A stretch of 57,172 nucleotides of DNA, taken from positions 155,319-212,490 of the forward strand of contig NW_014577074.1 in the NCBI RefSeq assembly GCF_000485595.1, read 5' to 3'. A program made the translations under genes and the position numbers. Under the pieces are notes generated by a model that searched no databases, was not told the DNA's origin, and saw nothing but the letters and a program-made list of their open reading frames with translations. The first letter of the stretch is position 1; the number at the start of each line of letters is the position of its first letter. Origin of the DNA: Priapulus caudatus. Lineage: Eukaryota. Positions 24,686 through 38,508 of this stretch are shown in pieces.

Positions 24686-24755
24686 ATGAAGGCCGACAAA
24701 AGGATCGAGAATGACCTTGGCTGCAAGCCGCAGACTACGGGTGTCGTCATAGTCG
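24686..24755 (+). CDS. OSGIN: OSGIN1/2-like oxidative stress-induced growth inhibitor, first coding exon (MKADKRIENDLGCKPQTTGVVIV-G)
   Basis: ATG at 24686 with an in-frame upstream TAA. The exon starts at acceptor ttacttacag|24617 and ends G|gtgagt (phase 1), matching the phase-1 acceptor at 40542. The join gives VVIVGNGPAG, the Rossmann GxGxxG FAD-binding start typical of OSGIN. Confidence 0.85.
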
Positions 24756-25731
24756 GTGAGTGCGCGGTCGGCAGACGTTTCCGTCGCCTCTTCCTTCGCT
24801 CTCTGTCTCTCCTCTTCTTCTTTTCCCGCGTATTCTCGTACGTTTCCTTCGTGCAGGCGTACCCGGGGAGCGTTTTTGTACTCGTATACTCAGTACTACA
24901 TACTGTTTCTGGTGGGTTTGGTGCGTAAACTAAAGCGGATAGTCGAATCCGTTGTTGTTACTCGGTATCGGTGCGGCCGGCAGGAGTTGGCAGCTAGTCG
25001 TAAGGGATGATATGCGCCAGTGTCTGGTCCTTCCGGAAGCCCTCGACTGTATGTTGTGTGATGGCATCATCTCCTTTGGTGTAACGAGTCCGACGTAATC
25101 TAAACAACCGTCGAAGCATCTCCCAGCATCTTAAAGTGTCTTGAGGCATCTCTACGTGTCTTAAAGCATCGTTACGTATCTTGAAGTGTCTCGAAGTGTT
25201 GCGCGGGTATTAAAATAATAGTACGGTATCAGAAAGGGCATTAAGCTGCAAAACAAATGATTTAGGTTTCAGTGAAAAGTGAAAAAGTATTTACTATCAA
25301 CATACAATCAGCAAAATAGTGGCTGCTATCAACAATATATTCTAACCATTACACTTGTTGCAACTTTTCTGGGGTTATTGGATAACACTCAGCAATTTGA
25401 TATAGTTATAAAAAAGAATAACATCATATATACCAGGACCGTAATACCTACTGAATACGATGCCAGAGTTTGAGCAAGGAATGATGAAGAGCTCTAATAA
25501 CAACAGTTGGATAATTTTGAGTTTGTGCCTGAAAAGCAAAGAAAGATGTTTTTGCACGTGTGTATGTATGGTGGACCAGCATGATGCAGCTTGGTACTTG
25601 CAGCACTAATCGACAATCAGCTGCAAACCTAAACAGCAAAAAAGAAAGCGATGTAAGAGGATTGGCCTATTTAAGCATCGTGCACGCACGTGTTTTTACG
25701 TGGTTTCCAAAATGACGAGAAATATCTTGTT

Positions 25732-26596
25732 TATGTATGACCCATTTCCGCTGGATTGCGTCATCCAACCGCCACGCTTGCATGGAAAACCCCGAGAATG
25801 CTCGCAGTTAATCTGAGATATGAAGTCGGCAGTCTAACGAGGACCATTGCGCTCGCTGCAAAATATGCGATGCTAAACATATACAATAATAATTGTAATA
25901 TAGATGTTAGATAATACGAACGTCAGCGTTTTTCAGAAAACGTGCCGGATCGCAAGTCCGTGTGGCAAATTTTTGTCGGCGCCACTCGCTCAGCCGTGGT
26001 CGGCGTGACGTGGGCAGGTAGCAAGAGCTCTTACCTCGGTGAGGATCTCACTGGCGAGCTCGAGAATAGCTATACCATGTCAGACAACGAGCCGCCGCAA
26101 ACAGCGTGCAGGTTGTATTTATGGATTACTGGCTGGCGCGCATGCACGGCATATATACGCAGCGTGACCTGGGCGATGTTTTTGAGATTATAGGTGTAAC
26201 TGAGTGGGTCGACAGAAAGCCCGGCTCGCCTGGGCAGGGCCGGCCTGCGCGACGCGCGCTAACGAAAATTTGGACGTATTGCCGAAGAGGTAAATATCTT
26301 GGCGAGGGGAAGCGTTTGGGTTTACTGATTGCTCCGCGTTTCTGTTTGGCGTGGGCTGTAAGAGAGATGATTTGGACGGTAAGTTTTCGGGAGCGTGCAA
26401 TAAGCGGCTGTCTGTTGTGTTGTAATTCATGGTTGTGTGTGTGCGATTGCGTGGCGTGCGCGCATCCATTTCTGACTACGTGCGTGTGCTCATGATGCGT
26501 AATTTGCACTGCATCTTAGTTTCTTAGATGGTGGTGATTACATTTATTTGTTATCTGCATACATTCATTTCTATATAATATATGCATTATCACGTG

Positions 26597-26634
<38 letters not shown>

Positions 26635-26655
26635 GCGTGTGTGTGTGTGGTGTTG

Positions 26656-26687
<32 letters not shown>

Positions 26688-28218
26688 GTGTGTGTGTGTT
26701 GCTGGCGCCGTGCGTGTGTGTGTGTGAATATTGTGTGCGTGCGTGCGTGCGTGCGTGTGCTCGTGCGTCGTGCTAACAACGCATATATGTACGTGCTGGA
26801 GGCTTCACGATAACTGCATCTTTATTTGGGTCATTATTAGAGACGTAGGTGTTTTACATGACCATTCTGCAGTGCATCGAGCGCCTCACAGGTAATCATG
26901 TACACCTGAGGTATGGATTTTACTGGCAGGTAAAGGAACGAAATGTACAGTAACTAAATATTGGAGGTGCTGTGCCGGATACCGCGCTAAATGCATGAGA
27001 TAAAAATTAGTAATATAGATGATAATGTATGTATAATAGATTTAGTGTGGAACATGGCATGTGTGTGAGTTCCGTATATCTAGTATGTGTATGTGTTTAG
27101 TCTGTAGCATGGCTGGAGTGACATATGTTAACATAGCAGCAGTTTTTTATAGTTAACAAAACATCGGCTAATTGACTGTCTGATAAATTATATAATAATA
27201 GTATATTGACGATATGAGCAATAAAAATGAATTGTTTATGTTGATTAATAGCCAGGAAATACTTAGAAAAGACTCAGCCGCTGTACTCCCTATGTATTAG
27301 GCAGGCTATGGAAAGCTAACTTGAAAAGTTTGTAAAAAAAAAAGGTCGTGCATATGGAGTAAGGAAGAGTAGTCTAATGAAGCACGTAATCTATGGTATC
27401 AAGAGTACATAATTAGAGTTATTATGTCTCCATTAGAGATATATATCTCTATTATGTTCTCTTGATGGTATGCATACAGGCTTAAAATCTGTGTGCGCAA
27501 TCACGCTTTGAGTAGAAATATTGTTTATTATAGTCTATGTGTCCCTATAGCCAGAGAATAACGCAGAGGTAGAAAACATTACTTTTCACTGATCTGCCCT
27601 ATATAATCAGCTAGATTGAAATCATGCTAAAACCCTCCAATGATGAGACTGCTATAAAAAGCCCTCCTGCGTAAGGATATAAATTATAATCATGTAGGGA
27701 ACACCTGAGGTTTGGGCCAAAAATAATGTGGAATACTGCAGAATAACGTAGAGATATTATTAATAGAATTTATTTAATAGCAATGTTACTATATCTTGAT
27801 TATCATATATATATGTTTTCTGATACTTATACTTGCAAATCTTATACTATCGAAATCGATTGAAAAAAAGAAAATGATCGGCATATATCCACGTCATATG
27901 GTGTAAAGCATTTACTAGCATGATGATTATTGCTTTATAGTGCCGTATGCAGGTTAACCGTACATAGTTACCATCCTAGTTTTGGTAAGCCTAACAGCCG
28001 CATGGCGTGGCAGTTGACAAGGAACAGATTGTCACAATAGAGAAAAGAGATAGAAAAGAAGTTTTCCTTGATCTATGAGTACAAAATACTGGAGCTGTGT
28101 TCAAAAAATGCCAGAAATAGCTGCCACTCCCAGATGGTTGCTAGGTATGTTATCCATAATATTATAGAATCTGTTAATAAATGAGGCGTGTGCCTGCTGC
28201 TGCTGCTGCTGGCCGTTG

Positions 28219-28256
<38 letters not shown>

Positions 28257-30423
28257 GTTTTGTTTGTTGCTGATACTGCTGTTGTTATTGTTGCTGCTGC
28301 TGCTACCTGTTGTTATTGATTGTTGTTGTTGCTGTTTTTGTGGTTTTGTTGTTATGCTTGTCCACCAGATAATGCTCCTGTTATGGATTCTATTTCATGA
28401 CTTAAGAGTTCAATTCCAATATCTCCTAGTCATAGGCACTGGCTGCTGCAACCTACCTATGTAGTATTTGCATAATATACTGTCTGGTATGTTTTGGTTT
28501 GGCATTTGATGCCTTGGATTCGTACCGTCTACATTTCATATCCCACCTTTACCTAAGCTCATAGGGTCTAGTGTCCCCAGGTACTACCGGAACGTATCCT
28601 GGTAAGTTGTAACTATTTGATATGGTTAGGGTTAGGGTTAGGGAGTAGGCGTAGGCGACTCCCTAGACCTCGTTAATGGAGTCCCGGCGAGTACGGTCCG
28701 GCTGCGCCGGGCATATTAGATAGTCCAGGGTACGTTCCTGTATACCGGACCGTACCCAGGGTACGTTCCGGCTGTACCCTGGGGGACATAGACCTCTCAG
28801 CTCTACCTAATATAGCGCTAATTATCATCGCAGACGAGTGCATTATTTCTGGTGGTTTGCATGGAAACGTTTGCTGCGAGTAACACTGCCACAGGTAATA
28901 TAACAAGCGTGGTATGTTAATGTCGGCAGCGGAACCCTGCTCGAGCGAGCGATCAGTCGAGCTCACGTGATTTCGCTGTGCAGCGTTCCGCAGTGTTCAA
29001 CAATGGCGGCGAGGTCGTCCTCGAACCCTAACGAGCAGGTTCCGGTGCGGGCGCAGGCGAATTAAGCTAAACTGGTTCGATGAAGAGGACTTTTTTGGCA
29101 TGCCATGGTTCACTCGTTGTGTTTCCCACTCAAGTTTTTGCCGGCTCAGGCGTATTTTTTTCTCGAAGCAGCCTCACGAGAACCCGGTGCATTTGTGCGG
29201 GAAGGGGCGTGTTACGCGGGTGGGGTGGGATAGGTGTAATCTCTGAGGACGCATCTGGCACTGCTGTGCTATGGATGAGGAGAATGATGGAATCTCTAAC
29301 TTGGATTGGGCAAGCTCCAAGTTACGAAGCGAGGACATTGCCTCCTGCAAATATGCGATGCTAAACATAACAATAATAATGTTAATATAATGTTAGATAT
29401 AACGAACGCAGCGCAGAAAACGTGAAGATCGAAGTCCGTGTGGCAATTTTTTTTTGTCATGCCTCGCTCAGCGTGGTCAGGCGTGACGTGGGCAGGTAGC
29501 AAGAGCTCACCCGTGAGGTCCACTGGCGAGCTCGGCAATAGCTATACCTGTCAGACAACGAGCCGCCCCCAAACCAGGCGTGCAGGTTGTATTTATGGAT
29601 TACTGGCTGGCGCGCATGCACGCATATATACACGCAGCGTGACTGGGCAGATTTTTTGAGATTATAGGTGTAACTGAGCGGCGGACAGAAGCCCGGCTCC
29701 TGGCAGGCCGGCCTGCGCGAGCGGCGCGCTACCGGAAATTTGTCGTATTTGCGAAAGAGGTATTATCTTGGCGAGGCAAGGTTGGGTGCATATTGATTGC
29801 TCCGCGTGCTGTTTTGCAGTGGGTGTTAGAGGAGATATTTGGACGGTAAGTTTTCGGGAGCGTGCAATAAGCGTGCTGTCTGTTGTTATGTATTCATGGT
29901 TGTGTGTGTGTGTGTGTGTGTGTGCGTGCGTGCGTGCGCGCATCCATTTCTGACTACGTGCGTGTGCTCATGATGCGTAATTTGCATGCATCTAGATGTG
30001 CATGATTACATTTATTTTTATCTGCATACTTTCATTTGTCTATATATGCATTATTACGTGTGTGTGCGTGTGTGTGTGTGTATGTGCGTGCGTGCGTGTG
30101 AATGTGTGTGCGTGCGTGCGTGCGTGCTAACCAACGCATATATGTACGTGCCGGAAGGCTTCTGCCGATAATTTGCAACTGCATCTTATTTGGGTCATTA
30201 TTCGAGGACGTAGGTGTTTCACGTGACATTCTGCAGTGCATCACGCCTCACAGGTAATCATGCACACTGAGGTATGGATTTTACTGGCAGGTAAAGGAAC
30301 GAATGTACAGTAATAAATATTGTAGCGTGCTGTGCGGGATACTGCGCTAATGCATGAGATAAAATTAGTAAATATAGATGATAATGTATGTATAATATAG
30401 ATTTAGTGTGGAACATGGGCATG
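25732..30423 (+). repeat. Redundant copy of 19731-23263 joined to a copy of 18578-19730
   Basis: Colinear noisy similarity; chimeric junction at about 29325 near gctccagtta microhomology; ends at the N gap. Confidence 0.85.
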
Positions 30424-30448
30424 NNNNNNNNNNNNNNNNNNNNNNNNN
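30424..30448. other. Assembly gap, 25 N
   Basis: Run of 25 N. Confidence 0.99.
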
Positions 30449-31403
30449 GTGCGTTGGATGCGCGTGTGGCGACGTGGGTGCGTGAGCGGTTAGTGTGCGC
30501 GATGTGTGCATGAGCGGTCGTGTGCCGGACTAGTTCGAGCGTCAATCACGCAAGTCTTGCTCATTACTTATTTTTTGTTCTTTCACCACTGCTTCTTTTT
30601 TTTGGGGTGGGAGGGGGTGATGTTGTTTTGCCCCCTCCATATTTTCGGATTTGGAGCCCCCCCCCTACGACACACCTAGTGAGCACATACCTAGTTGCAG
30701 GGCGTTATATAATGACAAAATCAAATGTGTCATTAACCGCCTTGTGCTGTTATTATTATTATTGTTATTATTTGCATTATTAACCCAGGCTGCTAAGTTT
30801 GTGTGATGCAGGCGAGTATGCAGTCAAGACGCTGACCTGCATTACTACCATTTTAAATTTGGGATGGCGTCTACATGCAATTGGAGCTTTATAAGCACCA
30901 ACAATATGGATTACTATTCGCATTAGTCCTGTATAATAGTAACCGACGTAGCATACGTAGGTGACTAGGTGTGTGTGCATGAAAAGGCACTGTTATTTCA
31001 TCTAGCGGTTTACACTTATTGACAACAAACACGAATTGGTAGTTTCGTCATGTGTCCATGGTTGCAAGGAGCAAATAGGACAAATTTCACTGATTAACAA
31101 AAGCATATCAAACTAGTTTTTGTAAGAGACCATTGAAAACTATTAAACGCATACAAAAAATATTAATAGTTCTTTTCAACCTTTTAAATCGTTAGTTCAA
31201 ATTAGCAGCAATGAAGCGTGGGAGACAGCTTGCCAAGTGCTTAGATTACTGCTGCAGCTTGGCTTAGCTATATTGATTGGTGATCAGATTGGTTCATCAG
31301 ATTTGGTATTATATCTATTCCTTGAAACTGGTTGTGATTCCGCGCCAGTATCGTGATGCGAGATAAAGCGATAATTAGATGAATTTTTTTATAATAAATA
31401 ATT

Positions 31404-31447
31404 TATATATATATATATATATATATAGTATATATATATATATATAT

Positions 31448-31480
<33 letters not shown>
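31404..31480. repeat. (TA)n microsatellite
   Basis: Seen directly. Confidence 0.95.
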
Positions 31481-31486
<6 letters not shown>

Positions 31487-31510
31487 ATTTATTTACTTTG
31501 ATTTATAACC

Positions 31511-32416
31511 ACAAGAGCCGCAGAGCGTCTGCGGCTCATCTGAGGTCTGTTGCAAGGGATTATAAACGTAAAATTTCAGTGCGTGCGAGTACCACATTTT
31601 GTTAGACGCAGATATTCAGAAACCAGTTGTGATACACATCATTGTTAGGACACGCCCAAACTATCGCAGATGGAGGGTAGGGGGAAGGGTGAGGGGGAGG
31701 GGTGGGGGAAGCGTCGGGGGGACGGGGGAGGCGGTGGGGGAGGGGGAAGGGGGAGGGTGGGGAGGGGGCTCTAATAGCAAGCAAAGCAGTTACACTCCTT
31801 TCTAACAGTTCAACAAATCCATCGTTTAACCACTCCTCTTGAGGGTCAAAAGGTTATCCGACACTTACTCCTTCGCATGTCAGCAGAAGGCATTTTCATG
31901 TCCTTTTCACATAAAGCCATAAAATGCTCAGGTCACCGGCTGAAACAAAAAAGTTGTTCAATTCGCTCCGTCACGACCATGTCGTCTCAAAAATTTCTAA
32001 AATCTGCCCTGTGCCATTGACTTTGACCTATTGACCTCCAATTTCGGCACAGTGATTGGCTTTTCCTACCATGGATGCTATACACCGACTCATCACGAGC
32101 CAGGTCGAGCTGTTTAGGTATTTGTGCGCAATTCTGCGATTCCTCCTTACCTTAAGTTAAGAGTGAATTTCCTTTCTTTTACACCTCTTGGACCTTTGAC
32201 CTTGCACCCCCAGCTTCGACATCACTCACAACTCGTTTTTCGGATTACCCCCCCACTTCCGAATATTCGTGACCGTACGTCGCAGCGCGTTAAGATTTGT
32301 GCCACAAGCTGTTGACGCCGACGGACGGCACGGACGGACGACTTGGACGGACGCACGACGCACGGACGATCATGCGATTCTACAAGCTCATCTTGACTAT
32401 GCAGATGAGCTAAAAA
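31511..32416 (-). mobile_element. Least-interrupted copy of the Helentron/DINE-1-like family (~0.9 kb)
   Basis: On - strand: 5' tttttagctcatctg, (GTCC)-like microsatellite, 3' tcagatgagccgcaga-cgc-tctgcggctcttgt hairpin. Confidence 0.75.
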
Positions 32417-32420
32417 CAGA

Positions 32421-35400
32421 TAACGATATTTCTCGTCATTTTGGAAACCACGTAAAAACACCGTGCGTGCACGATGCTTAAATAGGCCAATCCTCTTACT
32501 CGCTTCTTTTTTGCTGTTTTAAGGTTTCGCAGCTATTGTCGATTAGTGCTGCAATTACCAAGCTGCATCATGCTGTGTCCACCATACATACACACGTCGC
32601 AAAAACATCTTTTCTTTGCTTTTCAGGCACAAACTCAAAATTAATCCAACTATTGTTATTAGAGCTTTTCATCATTCCTTGCCTCAACTCTGCATCGTAT
32701 TCAGTAAGTAGGTATTACCGGGCCTGGTATATATGATGTTATTCTTTTTTTATAACTATATCAAATTGCTGAGTGTTGATCCAATAACCCCAGAAAAGTT
32801 TGCAACAAGTGTAATGGTTAGAATATATTGTGATAGCAGCCACTATTTTGCTGATTGTATTGTTGATAGTAAATACTTTTTCACTTTCACTGAAACCTAA
32901 ATCATTTGTATTTGCAGCTTAATGCCCTTTCCGATACCCGTACTATTATTTTAATACCCCGCGCAACACTTCGAGACACTTCAATACGTAACGATGCCTT
33001 TAAAGACATGTAGAGATGCCTCAAGACACTAAACGATGTGGGAGATGCTTCGACGGTTGTTTAGATTACGTCAGACTCGTTACACCAAAGGAGATATGCC
33101 ATCACACAACATACAGTCGAGGGCTTCGGAAGCGACCAGACACTGGCGCATATCATTTACGACTAGCTGCCAACTCCTGCCGGCCGCACCGATACGAAGT
33201 AACACAACGGATTCGACTATCGGCTTTAGTTTACGCCACCAAACCCACCAGAAACAGTATGTTAGTACTGATATACGAGTACAAAAACGCTCCCGCGGTA
33301 CGCCTTGCACGAAGGAAACGTACGAGAATACGTGGGAAAAGAAGAAGAGGAGAGACAGAGAGCGAAGGAAGAGGCGACGGAAACGTCTGCCGACGCGCGC
33401 ACTCACCGACTATGACGACACCCGTAGTCTGCGGCTTGCAGCCAAGGTCATTCTCGATCCTTTTTGTCGGCCTTCATGCTCGCTGGTTTTCGCTCGGCCT
33501 TAGCTTCTTCCTGCGTCGCCCGGCTCAGTGCGAGCTCCAGATCGGTACCTGTAAGTAACAACGCACCGCACATGTTGAGAATACCAACAGAAATAAAGGG
33601 CGCACGCCGCGCAGCAAACAGCCCCGGCTGGCCACGACGGCCCATCGCCTTCCCACGCTGCGCAATCCGATCGCAACATTGGGAAATTTGATCGGCATCG
33701 TTCCAATTAGGTAGCTACATCACATGGCACTTTAAACTGGGACCCCCGGTGTTCTGGCGGTCTAAAACAGGCTACCTACCGAGTTAGACCAGAAACCTAT
33801 CGACATACGAAGTTTACACCGTATCGCGTGATATGTTGATACCGTATTCCTGGTGAGACTAATTCGTGGAGGGCCGTGTTAGGCATTAAATAAAACCAGA
33901 ACAGGCTCTTACGATTCTGCAGTCTAGGATGAACTATAATTATGGCCTTATAAAATTAACTCTGCGTTGTCCGGGCATCAACAGAAAACCAGTTTATAGT
34001 CACTAACAATGCCATCAAGTCTAGAGAAAATCTGGGACCGGTGACTAAATATCGTCCATAATATTTTTTTTTTTTTCCAAAGCGTTCAAAGATTACTTCC
34101 TGACGAAGACATGGATGTGAACATACTTAAAGATACACGTGCAAATAAACGATGTGCACAACACTAAATGAACTTCATATATAATATTTTTCTTATTATC
34201 AACTTTGAAGGTGTGCTGTCAGTAGCGTTCTATCAAGGGCATGCTGGAACTCTCTGCGTGTGACTTATGGTAAAGTAGAAGTGTGATGCGGGAGATTCGT
34301 AAACGTATAAGCCAATACACGTGCACTTCCACTAATTAAAAAATCTCATTTTCCTGCACTACGTCATCGCAATGCTGTTTTATCAGGTCTCTGCTAGCTC
34401 TTGCTTACAAGTGCACGTCATAGTATGATTTCAACTGTGCTTCATTAATTAGTGGGATTCATGTGTGTGAGTATGCCAAGTACCATTTTAAAACACAGCT
34501 TACCAATTTTTGCAGCGTCATTTCTCCTGATACCTTTATTATGTATGATGCTAACGTTTTGCGCGCTAAATGTTTGATGTTTGAACTTAAATAAATGATG
34601 AGTCACTATGAGTGGGACTAAACTGAACACCTAATCTGACTTCAAAGGTACATACAGCTGCCACAACAAGGCTGATCGATGCAAACAATGACTCACGTTT
34701 ACCGTGCCAGTCTATGTGACTTTATTGTCGGACTATGCCATTAAATTGCCTTACTCAGGCATGATGCTGGTGCCTTATCGCGCGTCCTTCCCTCGAATCA
34801 AGGACAAGCAATAAAACGGCCAATAAATTTACTGCTAGAAGACTTCCTCTTTCCATTTTGCAGATGTGCTACATTCATGAGATCAAGATACTCTATTGCA
34901 CCTTTATGCCACATACGTAACTGGAGCTTGCCCAATCCAAGTAGAGATTCCATCATTCTCCTCATCCATAGCACAGCAAGTGCCAGATGCGTCCTCAGAG
35001 ATTACACCTATCCCACCCCACCCGCGTAACACGCCCCTTCCGCACAAATGCACCGGGTTCTCGTGAGGCTGTTCGAGAAAAAAATACGCCTGAGCCGGCA
35101 AAACTTGAGTGGCGGAAACACCAACGAGTGAACCATGGCATGCCAAAAAAGTCCTCTTCATCGAACCAGTTTAGCTTAATTCGCCTGCGCCCGCACCGGA
35201 ACCTGCTCGTTAGGGTTCGAGGACGACCTCGCCGCCATTGTTGAACACTGCGGAACGCTGCACAGCGAAATCACGTGAGCTCGACTGATCGCTCGCTCGA
35301 GCAGGGTTCCGCTGCCGACATTAAATACCACGCTTGTTATATTACCTGTGGCAGTGTTACTCGCAGCAAACGTTTCCATGCAAACCACCAGAAATAATGC

Positions 35401-35981
35401 ACTCGTCTGCGATGATAATTAGCGCTATATTAGTAGAGCTGAGAGGTCTATGTCCCCCAGGGTACAGCCGGAACGTACCCTGGGTACGGTCCGGTATACA
35501 GGAACGTACCCTGGACTATCTAATATGCCCGGCAGCCGGACCGTACCTCGCCGGGACTCCATTAACGAGGTCTAGGGAGTCGCCTACGCCTACTCCCTAA
35601 CCCTAACCCTAACCATATCAAATAGTTACAACTTACCAGGATACGTTCCGGTAGTACCTGGGGACACTAGACCCTATGAGCTTAGGTAAAGGTGGGATAT
35701 GAAATGTAGACGGTACGAATCCAAGGCATCAAATGCCAAACCAAAACATACCAGGACAGTATATTATGCAAATACTACATAGGTAGGTTGCAGCAGCCAG
35801 TGCCTAGACTAGGAGATATTGGAATTGAACTCTTAAGTCATGAAATAGAATCCATAACAGGAGCATTATCTGGTGGACAAGCATAACAACAAAACCACAA
35901 AAACAGCAACAACAACAATCAATAACAACAGGTAGCAGCAGCAGCAACAATAACAACAGCAGTATCAGCAACAAACAAAAC

Positions 35982-36019
<38 letters not shown>

Positions 36020-37547
36020 CAACGGCCAGCAGCAGCAGCAGCAGGCACACGCCTCATTTATTAACAGATTCTATAATATTATGGATAACATACCTAGCAA
36101 CCATCTGGGAGTGGCAGCTATTTCTGGCATTTTTTGAACACAGCTGCAGTATTTTGTACTCATAGATCAAGGAAAACTTCTTTTCTATCTCTTTTCTCTA
36201 TTGTGACAATCTGTTCCTTGTCAACTGCCAGGCCATGCGGCTGTTAGGCTTACCAAAACTAGGATGGTAACTATGTACGGTTAACCTGCATACGGCACTA
36301 TAAAGCAATAATCATCATGCTAGTAAATGCTTTACACCATATACGTGGATATATGCCGATCATTTTCTTTTTTTCAATCGATTTCGATAGTATAAGATTT
36401 GCAAGTATAATATCAGGAAAACATATATATATGATAATAAAGATATAGTAACATTGCTATTAAATAAATTCTATTAATAATAATTCTACGTTATTCTGCA
36501 GTATTCCACATTATTTTTGGCCAAACCTCAGGTGTTCCCTACATGATTATAATTTATATCCTTACGCAGGAGGGCTTTTTATAGCAGTCTCATCATTGGA
36601 GGGTTTTAGCATGATTTCAATCTAGCTGATTATATAGGGCAGATCAGGTGAAAAGTAATGTTTTCTACCTCTGCGTTATTCTCTGGCTATAGGGACACAT
36701 AGACTATAATAAACAATATTTCTACTCAAAGCGTGATTGCGCACACAGATTTTAAGCCTGTATGCATACCATCAAGAGAACATAATAGAGATATATATCT
36801 CTAATGGAGACATAATAACTCTAATTATGTACTCTTGATACCATAGATTACGTGCTTCATTAGACTACTCTTCCTTACTCCATATGCACGACCTTTTTTT
36901 TTTACAAACTTTTCAAGTTAGCTTTCCATAGCCTGCCTAATACATAGGGAGTACACGGCTGAGTCTTTTCTAAGTATTTCCTGGCTATTAATCAACATAA
37001 ACAATTCATTTTTATTGCTCATATCGTCAATATACTATTATTATATAATTTATCAGATCAGTCAATTAGCCGATGTTTTGTTAACTATAAAAAACTGCTG
37101 CTATGTTAACATATGTCACTCCAGCCATGCTACAGACTAAACACATACACATACTAGATATACGGAACTCACACACATGCCATGTTCCACACTAAATCTA
37201 TTATACATACATTATCATCTATATTACTAATTTTTATCTCATGCATTTAGCGCGTATCCGGCACAGCACCTCCAATATTTAGTTACTGTACATTTCGTTC
37301 CTTTACCTGCCAGTAAAATCCATACCTCAGGTGTACATGATTACCTGTGAGGCGCTCGATGCACTGCAGAATGGTCATGTAAAACACCTACGTCTCTAAT
37401 AATGACCCAAATAAAGATGCAGTTATCGTGAAGCCTCCAGCACGTACATATATGCGTTGTTAGCACGACGCACGAGCACACGCACGCACGCACGCACGCA
37501 CCAATATTCACACACACACACGCACGGCGCCAGCAACACACACACAC

Positions 37548-37579
<32 letters not shown>

Positions 37580-37600
37580 CAACACCACACACACACACGC

Positions 37601-37638
<38 letters not shown>

Positions 37639-38508
37639 CACGTGATAATGCATATATTATATAGAAATGAATGTATGCAGATAACAAATAAATGGTAATC
37701 ACGCACCATCTAAGAAACTAAGATGCATGCCAAATTACGCATTCATGAGCACACGCACGTAGTCAGAAATGGATGCGCGCACGCCACGCAAACCACACAC
37801 ACAACCATGAATTAAACAAACAGAGCCTGCTTATTGCACGCTCCCGAAAACTTACCGTCCAAATCATTCTCTCTTACAGCCACTGCAAACAGCAACGCGG
37901 AGCAATCAGTAAACCCAACGACTTTCCCTCGCCAAGATAATTTACCTCTTCGGCAAATACGTCCAATATTTTCGACTAGCGCGCGCGTCGCGCAGGCCGG
38001 CCCTGCCCAGGCGAGCCGGGCTTTCTGTCACCCACTCAAGTAACACCTATAATCTCAAAAAATCGCCAGTCACGCTTGCGGTATATCATGCACGTGCATG
38101 CGCGCCACCAGTAACTCCATAAATACAACCTGCACGCTGGTTTGCGGCGGCTCGTTGTCTGACAGGTATAGCTATTCTCGACTCGCCAGTGGGATCCTCA
38201 CCGAGGTAAGAGCTCTTGCTACCTGCCCACGTCACGCATCGGACCACGGCTGAGCGAGTGGCGCCGACAAAAATTTGCCACACGGGAACTTGCGATCGGC
38301 ACGTTTCTGAAAACGCTGACGGTTCGTATATATCTAACATCTATATTACATTATTATTGTATTGTTAGCATCGCTATATTTTGCAGCGAGGCAATGGTCC
38401 TCGTTGACTGCCGAGCTTCATATCTCAGATTAACTGCGAGCATTCTCTGGGGTTTCCATGCAAGCGTCGGCGGTGATGACGCAATCCAGCGGAAATGGGT
38501 CATACATA
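32421..38508 (-). repeat. Inverted copy of about 19731-25727
   Basis: Reverse-complement identity throughout; for example the ORF translations at 35804..36022(-) and 28216..28464(+) are the same over their shared length. Confidence 0.9.
33407..33477 (-). pseudogene. Inverted duplicate of the OSGIN first coding exon with a 1-nt homopolymer frameshift (probably an assembly artefact)
   Basis: Reverse complement of 24686-24755 with one extra T in a T-run; lies within the 32421-38508 inverted block. Confidence 0.7.

Noticed and set aside
28216..28464. Poly-Cys/Leu ORF (also 35804-36022) and poly-Asn/Ser ORF 21980-22315
   Set aside because: Trinucleotide microsatellite translations
33016..33558. 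180-aa and 155-aa ORFs
   Set aside because: Antisense of the duplicated OSGIN start exon and intron; frames are not preserved in the 24.4-25.2 kb copy
19731..38508. Programmed inversion switch controlling OSGIN exon orientation
   Set aside because: No recombinase or short recombination sites; shared noisy indels and the adjacent 25-N gap favour an assembly artefact
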